Shown here: piece after piece, positions 37,190-45,872 of the stretch
Layout of the letters: each line of letters starts with the position of its first letter
How positions within the stretch are numbered: the stretch's first letter is position 1
Assembly (NCBI GenBank): GCA_950072105.1
Contig: CATMOE010000002.1
Span: forward strand, 79,778-143,777
Source: an uncultured Dehalococcoidia bacterium
GTDB taxonomy: Bacteria; Chloroflexota; Dehalococcoidia; Lucifugimonadales; UBA3495
Direction of reading: 5' to 3'
Length of the DNA stretch: 64,000 nucleotides
The notes under the pieces: model-generated
Databases searched by the model: none
What the model was told of the DNA's origin: nothing
The model's input: only the letters and a program-made list of their open reading frames with translations
Position numbers and translations under genes: made by a program

Positions 37190-40100
37190 CTAGTTCCTCC
37201 TTGTCGATCCCGAATCCCCAGCCAGGGCCATTGGCCGGTCCGCTATGAGTGTTTGTACGTCGTCGTTCAACTGAACTTTAGGTGTAGAGAGGGCGTATCC
37301 CTTGGCCGAAGGGAAGGCAAATAGGCGAAACATGAACTCGGCGTTCACCCGCTCCCAGAAGCCTTGCCACGCTTGAAAACTACGTTGGATGTAGAGGGCC
37401 ACCGCCGATTTGTGGTCGGTGGACGCCAGCAGTTGGTTGGAGATAGAGTCCTGCAACTCGACGATGTGCGCCTTCCAAATCTCGTCGCAGGCCTTCAAGT
37501 AGATCGAACGGGCCAGGGCGGCATACTCTTTGGCGCCCTGGCTACTCTCCAGATCTGCCATTCTGTCGATGAACAAGTGGCCAAGTTCTTCGGGAAGGAT
37601 GTTCATGTCCCATCCCCTCAGTGAGGAGCAATCGACTTGGTAGTCCAGTTGAACTTCTTCAACCAGCCGGTCGAACTGGGCATCGTATTCTTCCAAAGTG
37701 ACCTGGGGAAAGTGGGCGGACACGAGTTCAATAGCCCTTTCCTGGGCCTGATCGCGCCAGAGAGATGGACCGGAGCCCGGTGAACCGGCAACGGCTACTT
37801 CCCCGCGCCGCCGGTAAAACAATCTGGTCTGGTGGTCCAGCACCGAGGCGTAATCCTGTACCAAGGCGCGTTGGGTCTCGCCCTCATGTTCGGCGATACC
37901 TTGCACCTCTTGAACGTGCCGGTCGACGTCTTGGCCCGAATAGTAGGTTCGGCCCATTCCATCCAAGTCGCGGCGCTTGGTCAGCTTGAGCACGCCGTCC
38001 ACGTGAAGGTTAAGCAACCGGTCTTCCAAGGACAGGAAAGTTTGGGACACACCGAAGCTGCCTTGACGGCCGCTGCGGCCGTTCAGTTGGAGGTCGATTC
38101 GCGGAGTATCGTTGAGTTCGGTGCCAATCACCCGAAGACCTAAAGCGAAGTCCAGCGATCGCGGCTTGGCGGTAATGCCTGAGGTGTCATGGAGCCGAAC
38201 GGTGAGCCTGAGGCCGTTCGGGGAACCCTCTTTTTCTACGCGAAGGCCGGAATCGGCTAGCAGTAGAGATTTCAAGACGCTGAACTCCCGGGGAGACAGG
38301 CAGTTGATCTCAACGGAGCCGTCTTCTCGCTCGAGAGTCTGGTGGACCAATCTGATGCAACGCTGGGCGATCTGGCCGTCTAAGCCCGGCGCCAGCAGGA
38401 TGTCGGTACCCCGGCCGGCCATGTTGGTTGCTACCGTGGCCGCGCCGAAGGAGCCGGCATTCCTGATGATTTCCGCTTCGGTGTCCGAATTGACGGCGTT
38501 GAGCAGGTTATGAGGAATCGCTTTATCCGAGAGCATTCGGCTGATCTCTTGGGATTGCTCCACCGTGAGGGTCCCCACCAGGACCGGCTGTCCCAGTTCA
38601 TGACTGGAGATCACCTGATCGATGATCGCCGAAGTTTTTTCAGCGTCGGTGAGATAGACCCGATAGCCAAGATCCACTCGTTGCAGGGGATGCATCGGCG
38701 GCAGCACGGTTACCGGTAAACCGTACTTCTGCTGAAATTCGTCCTGGGAACCGATGGCGGTGCCGGTCATTCCGCAAAGAGATTGGAACTGCTTGACGAA
38801 CCCTTCAACGGAGATATGACCCAGGGTTTCACCCTCCGGATTGGGAGTAAGCCCTTCTTTGGCTTCCAGAGCGGGCTGCAGGCCGTGCTGGTAGATGGCG
38901 TCGGGCTTAGGCCGCCCCGTGGCTTTGTCGATAAGCACCAGTTGGTCCTCGGCCACCAGGTAATCCACGTCCCGCTCCAGCAGCAGGTAGGCCCGGAGCA
39001 TCTGATAAACCTGGTTGCCCAGATTGTATTGCCGGGCCAGGCGGGTGGTTAGGCTCGCCGCCTTCTTGCGGCGCTCTGCCAAGGGCATTTCGCGGTTGGT
39101 CCAAAGGGACTCCAGAGACTCCTCCATCGAACGGCCGTCGTAGAAAGGACCCAAACATTGGGTAAGGAAATCCCGGCCCTTTTCCGCCAGGGTAACGAAA
39201 CGTCTATCTGGGTCGATAACGTAATAAAGCTCCGATGTGAGGCCGGTCTGTTCCTGCTCAGCTTCAGATTTAATCTCTTTGAAGCGTCGGGGGTTGTCAC
39301 GTAATCGCTGCTCTAGGGCGGGGTTATCCGGTTCGGCTAGGAGCAGCTTGGCTAGGATGTGGGAGGCTCCATCTAGGCTCGTGTCCGGCCGGGCGAGTTC
39401 ACCCGCTAATTCCCGGACAACGTCCCTTTGCAGCCGAATCAGTTGGGTGACGGCCTTCTTCACTTTGGCCGTGGGACTACGGTTTCCCAGGGGAGCGCCG
39501 GATATAATCATCGGCGTTGACGCTTCGTCGATCAGCCCGTGATCCGCTTCGTCGATGATGGCCGCATCCAGCTTGCCTTGAACGCGGGACGAGGCGGTTG
39601 TCTTAAGATTGTCACGGAGATAGTCGAACCCCATCTCCCGCATAGTGCTGTAGACGATCGCCATCTGGTAGTTATATCTTCGTTCGTCGTCCTCCATGTA
39701 TTCGAGCACGGCCCCTACGGTGATGCCCAGTGACTGGTAAACGGGAGCCAGTAGGTCGGCGTCCCTGGCCGCCAGGTAATCGTTGGCGGTGATGACATAA
39801 ACTGAGGTCCCAGCCACGGCATGTAACACTGCCGGAAACGCCCCGGCGACGGTTTTGCCTTCGCCGGCGTTCATCTGGACGATATTTCCTTGAAATAGGT
39901 GCAGTCCAGCCAATAACTGCTCCTCGGTAGCTTCAAAGGTGAGATGCCCTTTCTCGTCTTGCCTTCGCAATGCTTGGTAAAACCCGGCGGGCATGGAGAT
40001 GTCCCAAGGCGGCCTAACTTGGATCTCCCGGTGCACCATTAACATGGCATCAACGATGGTCTGTTGATCGGGGCCGGTTGCGGCTGTCCCGGATGACCCT

Positions 40101-40450
40101 CGGGAGAGGTCTGCCGTTCGCCAACAGGTTTGCAGGGATTCAGGAAGGGATTTCCGGTCGAAGCCGGTGTCAAACAGCCGCCAGGCGCCAAGGCGGCGAC
40201 TGATGACCTCGCTAACGATGGCGAAGACTTCCGGCAGGACTTGACTGACGCTCGGATGCGGCGGACGTGTCCGTAGGCGCGCCATCGCGTCCTTGAGATC
40301 CGTGTCGGAATAGGCTGTTACGTCGTGCCGGCGAATCGCGTCCAAAACCGCCCGGCTGTCTTTCGGCGGCCCGAGCTTCGGATGTGAAGTCGGCGGTCCC
40401 TGGTTAACCGGCCCAAACGTCAATGCTGATGATCCCAACAAGGAATTCAC
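37190..40450 (-). CDS. Divergent SecA paralog (accessory SecA-like ATPase), no C-terminal zinc-binding motif
   Basis: QMNAGEGKT, TANDYLAARD, GFDYLRDN, IDEADHGLIDEASTPMIISG, GMTGTA, ATNMAGRGTDI, RIDLQLNGRSGRQG. Confidence 0.92.
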   Translation of the reverse strand: MNSLLGSSALTFGPVNQGPPTSHPKLGPPKDSRAVLDAIRRHDVTAYSDTDLKDAMARLRTRPPHPSVSQVLPEVFAIVSEVISRRLGAWRLFDTGFDRKSLPESLQTCWRTADLSRGSSGTAATGPDQQTIVDAMLMVHREIQVRPPWDISMPAGFYQALRRQDEKGHLTFEATEEQLLAGLHLFQGNIVQMNAGEGKTVAGAFPAVLHAVAGTSVYVITANDYLAARDADLLAPVYQSLGITVGAVLEYMEDDERRYNYQMAIVYSTMREMGFDYLRDNLKTTASSRVQGKLDAAIIDEADHGLIDEASTPMIISGAPLGNRSPTAKVKKAVTQLIRLQRDVVRELAGELARPDTSLDGASHILAKLLLAEPDNPALEQRLRDNPRRFKEIKSEAEQEQTGLTSELYYVIDPDRRFVTLAEKGRDFLTQCLGPFYDGRSMEESLESLWTNREMPLAERRKKAASLTTRLARQYNLGNQVYQMLRAYLLLERDVDYLVAEDQLVLIDKATGRPKPDAIYQHGLQPALEAKEGLTPNPEGETLGHISVEGFVKQFQSLCGMTGTAIGSQDEFQQKYGLPVTVLPPMHPLQRVDLGYRVYLTDAEKTSAIIDQVISSHELGQPVLVGTLTVEQSQEISRMLSDKAIPHNLLNAVNSDTEAEIIRNAGSFGAATVATNMAGRGTDILLAPGLDGQIAQRCIRLVHQTLEREDGSVEINCLSPREFSVLKSLLLADSGLRVEKEGSPNGLRLTVRLHDTSGITAKPRSLDFALGLRVIGTELNDTPRIDLQLNGRSGRQGSFGVSQTFLSLEDRLLNLHVDGVLKLTKRRDLDGMGRTYYSGQDVDRHVQEVQGIAEHEGETQRALVQDYASVLDHQTRLFYRRRGEVAVAGSPGSGPSLWRDQAQERAIELVSAHFPQVTLEEYDAQFDRLVEEVQLDYQVDCSSLRGWDMNILPEELGHLFIDRMADLESSQGAKEYAALARSIYLKACDEIWKAHIVELQDSISNQLLASTDHKSAVALYIQRSFQAWQGFWERVNAEFMFRLFAFPSAKGYALSTPKVQLNDDVQTLIADRPMALAGDSGSTRRN

Positions 40451-41515
40451 CTAACCCATTGCCTCCTGCAATCCCTGCCATGTATAGCGGTGCGAGCTGA
40501 TGTACACCAATAGGTCTCCAGGGGACAAAAATAGGTCTCCGAACTTGAAATGGGGCTTTTTATCCCGAATCACCCCAAGCAGGTTTATATCCTTGCTCAG
40601 TAGCTTCACGGCTACCTCTTGGTAGGTTAACCGCTCTCCAACCGGAGGGTCAACCATCGTGCTGGCCATTGTGCCTTCGACCTTATTGCTGGTCATGGCC
40701 TGGGCCAAGATGGTCACGCCCGGGTCCTGGGTTTCCTGGATCAAGAGATTGTTCGCCATATGTATCGTATAAACCAGGGAGACATCCGCCAAGTTGCTGA
40801 ACAAGAGCTCGTGACTGAGACTCAGACATTCGGCGACGACCCTCACGTGGGGGCTCAGGTGGTTGATCACCGAAGCTACCGACGCTACGACGCTGTCGCT
40901 GTTGGGATCGTCGTAATCGGTGCTCAGTATGATGGCCTTGGACGCCCTGCTGAGTTGGGCCCGTTGGTAAGTCTCTTGTTCGAGAGGAGAGCCACGGACG
41001 AAAGAGACGTTGGGGTGGCTGAATGGCAGGGTCTGTAATTTGTCGGTGATCACGACAATGTCAACTTTTTTGTGGTTGTTGTCGGAAACGAACTCCTCCA
41101 CGATGTGGCGGACCCTGGTCTCGTTCGGGAAATGGATGATTAGCAAATGATCTTTGGATTGCACGGTCGCCATACCGTTTTGCTCCCTCATGCGAAGGTC
41201 GAATATCCAGTCAACCAACATCCCGGCGGTAGTGGTAAAGGCCACCAAACCGACCAGAACGATAAAAAACACAGTTCCGATACGGGCGCCAACCGTAGAC
41301 GCGGACAGATCCCCGTATCCAATGGTTGTGATAGAGATGATGCTATACCAGAAACTGTCTCCGAGATTATATTCCGGGTGGACCGGGGCCTCGAAGTAAA
41401 AAAAAGTGAGGGCGTTCCCAATCACACTGGCAACCAGCACCGCGAACATGGACAGTAAGCCGAGGGTTCTCCTCCGCCGGATCCGGTGCATCAACCTTTT
41501 TATCGAATAAAACAT
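40451..41515 (-). CDS. 2-TM potassium channel with RCK/TrkA-N-like domain
   Basis: Selectivity filter TTIGYGD; cytoplasmic FVRGSP..RAQLSRASKAIIL. Confidence 0.92.
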   Translation of the reverse strand: MFYSIKRLMHRIRRRRTLGLLSMFAVLVASVIGNALTFFYFEAPVHPEYNLGDSFWYSIISITTIGYGDLSASTVGARIGTVFFIVLVGLVAFTTTAGMLVDWIFDLRMREQNGMATVQSKDHLLIIHFPNETRVRHIVEEFVSDNNHKKVDIVVITDKLQTLPFSHPNVSFVRGSPLEQETYQRAQLSRASKAIILSTDYDDPNSDSVVASVASVINHLSPHVRVVAECLSLSHELLFSNLADVSLVYTIHMANNLLIQETQDPGVTILAQAMTSNKVEGTMASTMVDPPVGERLTYQEVAVKLLSKDINLLGVIRDKKPHFKFGDLFLSPGDLLVYISSHRYTWQGLQEAMG

Positions 41516-41536
41516 GTGGCGGTGTTCGGGCGCGGG

Positions 41537-42988
41537 TCACCGGTCCAGAGGGACCGGTGATTGGTTAAGTAGCTTCATGATGACTAGCCCTGCTTGATGG
41601 CCGGGGCCGTCGCACTCGTCCAGACGGGTCAAAAGATGTCCCCCAGCCCGCAAGATTTTATCGGTGACGGTCGGCTCAGATCGGCGGAACTCTTCTCCCA
41701 AATGCGAGTCCAGTGTCCAATCAGCGGTGACCGAACATTCCAGCCCGGCCCGCTGGGCAACATCCAGGTACTCCTGACGCTCCCTGCTGAACTCTTTTTC
41801 ACTCTTGAAGGCCAAAGGCATCACGTAGAATTCCCTGGACAGATACAATCCCAGTTCGTTATCGAATACTTGCATCAGGTCGGAGAAGGACACCCAGCCT
41901 TCCAGGGCGAAGAAAAAGTTTTCGGGAATATCCTGGGGCACGCGATGGTAGTAGAAATCTTCATCCGCCTCAACCATCTTCACCGTGACTGGAAGCTTTT
42001 TTTGGTAACCCAGGATGCGTTCCGCCGCGTCGTCCTTAAGGAATAAGAAGGGTATGTTCCCATTGGTGGCGTCCACTAAGACTTGAGTACCATCGATATC
42101 ATACAACAACGCCGTGTGCTGCCAGAATCGCATGTAACGCTTGGAAAAGCGAAAATCGAACGTGGTTAGAAGCTCCCGTAGTTTCTCGACAGGCACGGGG
42201 CCGGTAGCGTTTTCCCCGGCGATGATGTATTCCGACTGAAGTCCGTAGTGATCAGTGAGGAACTTCAGCGCCTGCACTTTTTCCGAGCAGATCGCCCCGG
42301 CGCCTTCCATGATGTTATCAATGGTCTCGTCTCCCGATTTGTAGACCAGTTTCTTGCCGATGAACCGGGAGTAGTTTTCAAATTGGGCATCCCAGATCGT
42401 TTTGGCCAGTCCTTTCAACAGCTTTATCTTGTGGCTGGTGGATCCCAGTTGAAGAATGGCATCGGTCTCGTGGCTGCCGAACTCGTGAATCAGGGAATCT
42501 CGCACGAATCCAGAGTATCTGGATTTGTTGCGGAGCCACTTGCGCCGATGGAAGCCCGTCCAATTGCGGCTGTATTGCAGGTTGATGCGGTCTATCGTTA
42601 AATCAACCACCGAAACGTCTTGACCCTCCACCTGAAGCTGGTGATTTGTGGGGACCTGGTCCAAAGCGAGGGACTCTTCGCCCTCTTTGAACGCCATACC
42701 GGAAAACATGTCCTTCAGTTCACCGGCGTCCGTGCTCAGGTAGACCAGGTCTTGCATCGCATAGAGGGCGGCGGCGGAGGGCTGGGTGATGCGGGATTCT
42801 TGAAGAAGTTGGCTGATGGGAGGTTGCTTCAGATATTTGTCCAGCAAGCCTCCTAAAGACAAATAGGCGTCGCCGGGGTCCATACGTAGAGTACATCTCC
42901 GGTTGGACACCGTGTCCCACAGTTGAAGGATCTGATTGTTGGTGTTTTCCACTAAGGGCGCAAACCCGCTGTTCTTAATCTTGATCAT
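41537..42988 (-). CDS. Transglutaminase/NAT-superfamily (Cys-His-Asp) enzyme with an unannotated N-terminal domain
   Basis: GAICSEK (C234), WQHTALLY (H291), VLVDATNG (D306). Confidence 0.7.
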   Translation of the reverse strand: MIKIKNSGFAPLVENTNNQILQLWDTVSNRRCTLRMDPGDAYLSLGGLLDKYLKQPPISQLLQESRITQPSAAALYAMQDLVYLSTDAGELKDMFSGMAFKEGEESLALDQVPTNHQLQVEGQDVSVVDLTIDRINLQYSRNWTGFHRRKWLRNKSRYSGFVRDSLIHEFGSHETDAILQLGSTSHKIKLLKGLAKTIWDAQFENYSRFIGKKLVYKSGDETIDNIMEGAGAICSEKVQALKFLTDHYGLQSEYIIAGENATGPVPVEKLRELLTTFDFRFSKRYMRFWQHTALLYDIDGTQVLVDATNGNIPFLFLKDDAAERILGYQKKLPVTVKMVEADEDFYYHRVPQDIPENFFFALEGWVSFSDLMQVFDNELGLYLSREFYVMPLAFKSEKEFSRERQEYLDVAQRAGLECSVTADWTLDSHLGEEFRRSEPTVTDKILRAGGHLLTRLDECDGPGHQAGLVIMKLLNQSPVPLDR

Positions 42989-43038
42989 GATTCCGAGTTA
43001 TTGACGCGCTTGCCGCCGGTGGCCGGGCCGGTCCAGTG

Positions 43039-44268
43039 TTATACGGCAGCGTGAGGTCCCAAGCCCCACCGGGCGGCGTATTGATCGAAAGTGAACGTGC
43101 TCTTCTGAACGAACTCCCCTTGGGTGGTTAACGCGTAAACCGATGGGAGGCCGATGCCGTTGAACGCGTGGGCCTTGGTCATCGTGTACGATCCGGCATT
43201 GTTGAATATTACCTTGTCGCCAACCTTCAGCGGGTCCTGGAACCGGTATTCACCTAAGATGTCTCCGGCCAGACAAGTGCATCCAGCCAGCAGATATTTG
43301 TGGGGAGCGTCGTCGTCGTGGCCGACCACGTCGGGCTCGAAATCGTATTCGAATACCTCCGGCATGTGATTGATGCTCGTGTCCAGCACGGCCAACATCG
43401 AACCCTCACTGGGGAATACGTCCAGAACCGTGGACACGATGTACCCGGCGGCTCGGATGAGAGCGGACCCGGGTTCAAAGAACACGTCCACTTTAAGGCG
43501 AGCTTTGAGAAAATCCAAAGCCTGGTGCAGACCGTCAAGGTTTTGCCCGTCCTCGAATAGATAGCCACCACCCAAATTGATCCATTCGAGGTTCTCCAGG
43601 ATGCTACTGGCGCTGGAGTAGAGGTGGCGCACCGTGGAGAGCAACTCGCCGAAGTTGGGCGAGTCGCAGTTTGAGTGGAACAGGATGCCTCGGACCCCAG
43701 CCAGGCGGGCCGGGTCGTCATGGAACGCGGCCACCAGGTCTTCCAAGGGAACGCCCAGCTTCGATGCGGGCCGGCAAGGGTCGTAGCGCTCGTCGCCCAG
43801 GAAAGAAAGTTGAGGATTTACCCTCAGCCCACAGCTGGCGCTATCTTTGATGCGGTCGCGGTACATGTCCCATTGGCTCAGGGAGTTGAATGACACGTAG
43901 TCGCATAGGGAGCCGATCTCCTCTACTTCATCGCTCCTTAGGCCAGGCGCCGTGATGTGAAGGGTGCCGCCGCTCGTATTGGCTTTTTGAGCCAGTTTGG
44001 CTTCGAAAAGGGAGCTCACAGCGAATCCGTCCAGGCGTGGGGACATGAGCTTCAAAGCATCGACGAAGGAGAAGGACTTTATCGCGAACAGTACCTGGCA
44101 CCGGCCTTCTTGGCGCAGCCGATCGGCATGGGTGAGGAGTTGGTCGAGGACTGCCTCGTCGTATACGAAGGCCGGAGTAGAGATGTGGGCAAGGCCGCCG
44201 GGAAAGGCTTTGGCGTCGTCCAAAAGGGAGGAAGGCGTTGAATTTGCGCCGGCCTGTTTGGTACTCAT
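43039..44268 (-). CDS. nspC: Carboxynorspermidine/carboxyspermidine decarboxylase
   Basis: TPAFVYD, LFAIKS (PLP Lys), RVNP..YDPC..SKLG, FHSNC, WINLGGG, EPG, HMPEV, GCTCLAGD, YTMTK..FNG. Confidence 0.88.
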   Translation of the reverse strand: MSTKQAGANSTPSSLLDDAKAFPGGLAHISTPAFVYDEAVLDQLLTHADRLRQEGRCQVLFAIKSFSFVDALKLMSPRLDGFAVSSLFEAKLAQKANTSGGTLHITAPGLRSDEVEEIGSLCDYVSFNSLSQWDMYRDRIKDSASCGLRVNPQLSFLGDERYDPCRPASKLGVPLEDLVAAFHDDPARLAGVRGILFHSNCDSPNFGELLSTVRHLYSSASSILENLEWINLGGGYLFEDGQNLDGLHQALDFLKARLKVDVFFEPGSALIRAAGYIVSTVLDVFPSEGSMLAVLDTSINHMPEVFEYDFEPDVVGHDDDAPHKYLLAGCTCLAGDILGEYRFQDPLKVGDKVIFNNAGSYTMTKAHAFNGIGLPSVYALTTQGEFVQKSTFTFDQYAARWGLGPHAAV

Positions 44269-44354
44269 TGAACGTACATGCACGCCATAGACGTTAGGGA
44301 GTGTTTCTAAGATTGAGGAATGGGAGGGTGGTTGATGGGTATTTTAACATACGG

Positions 44355-44388
44355 GAATCCCCCCAACCTCCTTTACGAATGGGGGGCT
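44355..44388. repeat. REP-like palindrome, family B
   Basis: GAATCCCCCCAACCTCCTTTACGAATGGGGGGCT. Confidence 0.75.
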
Positions 44389-44468
44389 CTTTCGGTCTCA
44401 TCCACACGTGGCTATGGAAGATAGGGACGTTTGCTTCTATCTTGGCGGTCGAGCCGGAAGGCGTTAGG

Positions 44469-45872
44469 CTACACCCTGGTTTGCTGGCCGGGTATGCCTG
44501 ATCCGGCGATGCCATTGGTGTTGCCGGACGGCGTTTCCGCCGATGCGCCTTGGGAGTTTTCCACGGTGACCGGGTTGATAGGGCGCCGGACGGAGTTGGG
44601 AGCGATTCCCGCTTTTAAGGCGGACATGACGCCGGCCGCCTCCCAATAGTTATCAACGATGTGAAGTTGCCCCTGCTGCCAGGGTAGTTGGGTCAGGTTG
44701 TTTCTCATGAGGTTTCGGTTTTCCCGCACGGCGATGACCGGGATGCCCTGTTCCAGCGCGGCCAGGGTGGGCAGGCCCAGGCATCCGTCGGGTATCACCA
44801 AGCAAGAAACGGCACTAGCGGTGAACACGCCGGGATTTCGGAGTGCTTCTCGATCGGTGACGATTCTGGGGCTTTTTTGTAGGCCCTTGAGGATGGACTG
44901 CAAGAAGGTGGTTGATATGGCTTCAGCGGCCATGCGGGGGTCGACGATGCCGGTGTCCGCGTCCAAGACTTCCTGGGACTCCATCATGGGGGAGTGGGCC
45001 GAGGGCACGTCGTAGATGCTGGAGATGGTGTGGGTAAGCATGGATTCCACGCCACCCCAGGGATTGACCATGCTGCCGCCGCTGTTGAAGTAGTCGCCGT
45101 GGTAGCTGGTGGGAACGGTTATGACCGACGATATGGCCACGGCGTCGTATTCCCCGCGGTGTCTGTCCAGCAGTTCAAGCACGTGTTCCAAGTCTTCCAC
45201 CCGTCCCGCCGCCCGGGACGATGAAGTGTACTCGGAGATCATCACAAGTGGCGGAGTCAACTCGATCACCAGTGGGCAGATCAGCCCATAGGATGCCCGG
45301 GCGGCGTTAACCGAGTTGACTGTCATTGTGTGAAATAGCCGGTCGGTATGCGAGTTCATCAGAACCAGGACACGGTTAGACCGAACCGGCTGCAACCCAG
45401 CCGTGCCCATCAGCAAACGGCAGATGACGCTGCCTTCCACGTATAGCCCGTTGCCCGGAATCTCGTTGATGTCCGAGGCGTTGACCACGTTTGGGTGGGT
45501 GACCAAAGTGTCGCAGACGGAGGCCAGCAGTTGAGCCACGGGCGTGGCATCACCGGCGTGCCCCCCGATTTCAGCGCCTATCCCGGTTGGTACCAGCAGG
45601 ATGGCGTTGAAGCTCCCGGTATTTTCCACTTGGCGGTGGCGAAATTCCAGGATGGAGTTATTGGGCAACCGGCTGGAATCGTTGCCGTCATCGAAGGTTG
45701 TGACCTCGCACCGGTATCCGGTGGCGTCCGAAGACGTGACCACCAACCGCACTGGCGAGACTCCACCGGGCAACTTTTCTCGTGTCTTCTGGGACAGCCA
45801 TTCCAATAGGTTGCTGCTGTCCGGCGGCGGGGGTAGATCGAGTCCAATTTCCGAAAGCATCACGGATTTCAA
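44469..45872 (-). CDS. DUF3326-family protein with an N-terminal extension
   Basis: VPTGIGAEIGGHAGDA, THPNVVNAS, LYVEG, NPWGGVE..TH, PSAHSP, DPRMAAE, IAVREN. Confidence 0.85.
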   Translation of the reverse strand: MKSVMLSEIGLDLPPPPDSSNLLEWLSQKTREKLPGGVSPVRLVVTSSDATGYRCEVTTFDDGNDSSRLPNNSILEFRHRQVENTGSFNAILLVPTGIGAEIGGHAGDATPVAQLLASVCDTLVTHPNVVNASDINEIPGNGLYVEGSVICRLLMGTAGLQPVRSNRVLVLMNSHTDRLFHTMTVNSVNAARASYGLICPLVIELTPPLVMISEYTSSSRAAGRVEDLEHVLELLDRHRGEYDAVAISSVITVPTSYHGDYFNSGGSMVNPWGGVESMLTHTISSIYDVPSAHSPMMESQEVLDADTGIVDPRMAAEAISTTFLQSILKGLQKSPRIVTDREALRNPGVFTASAVSCLVIPDGCLGLPTLAALEQGIPVIAVRENRNLMRNNLTQLPWQQGQLHIVDNYWEAAGVMSALKAGIAPNSVRRPINPVTVENSQGASAETPSGNTNGIAGSGIPGQQTRV

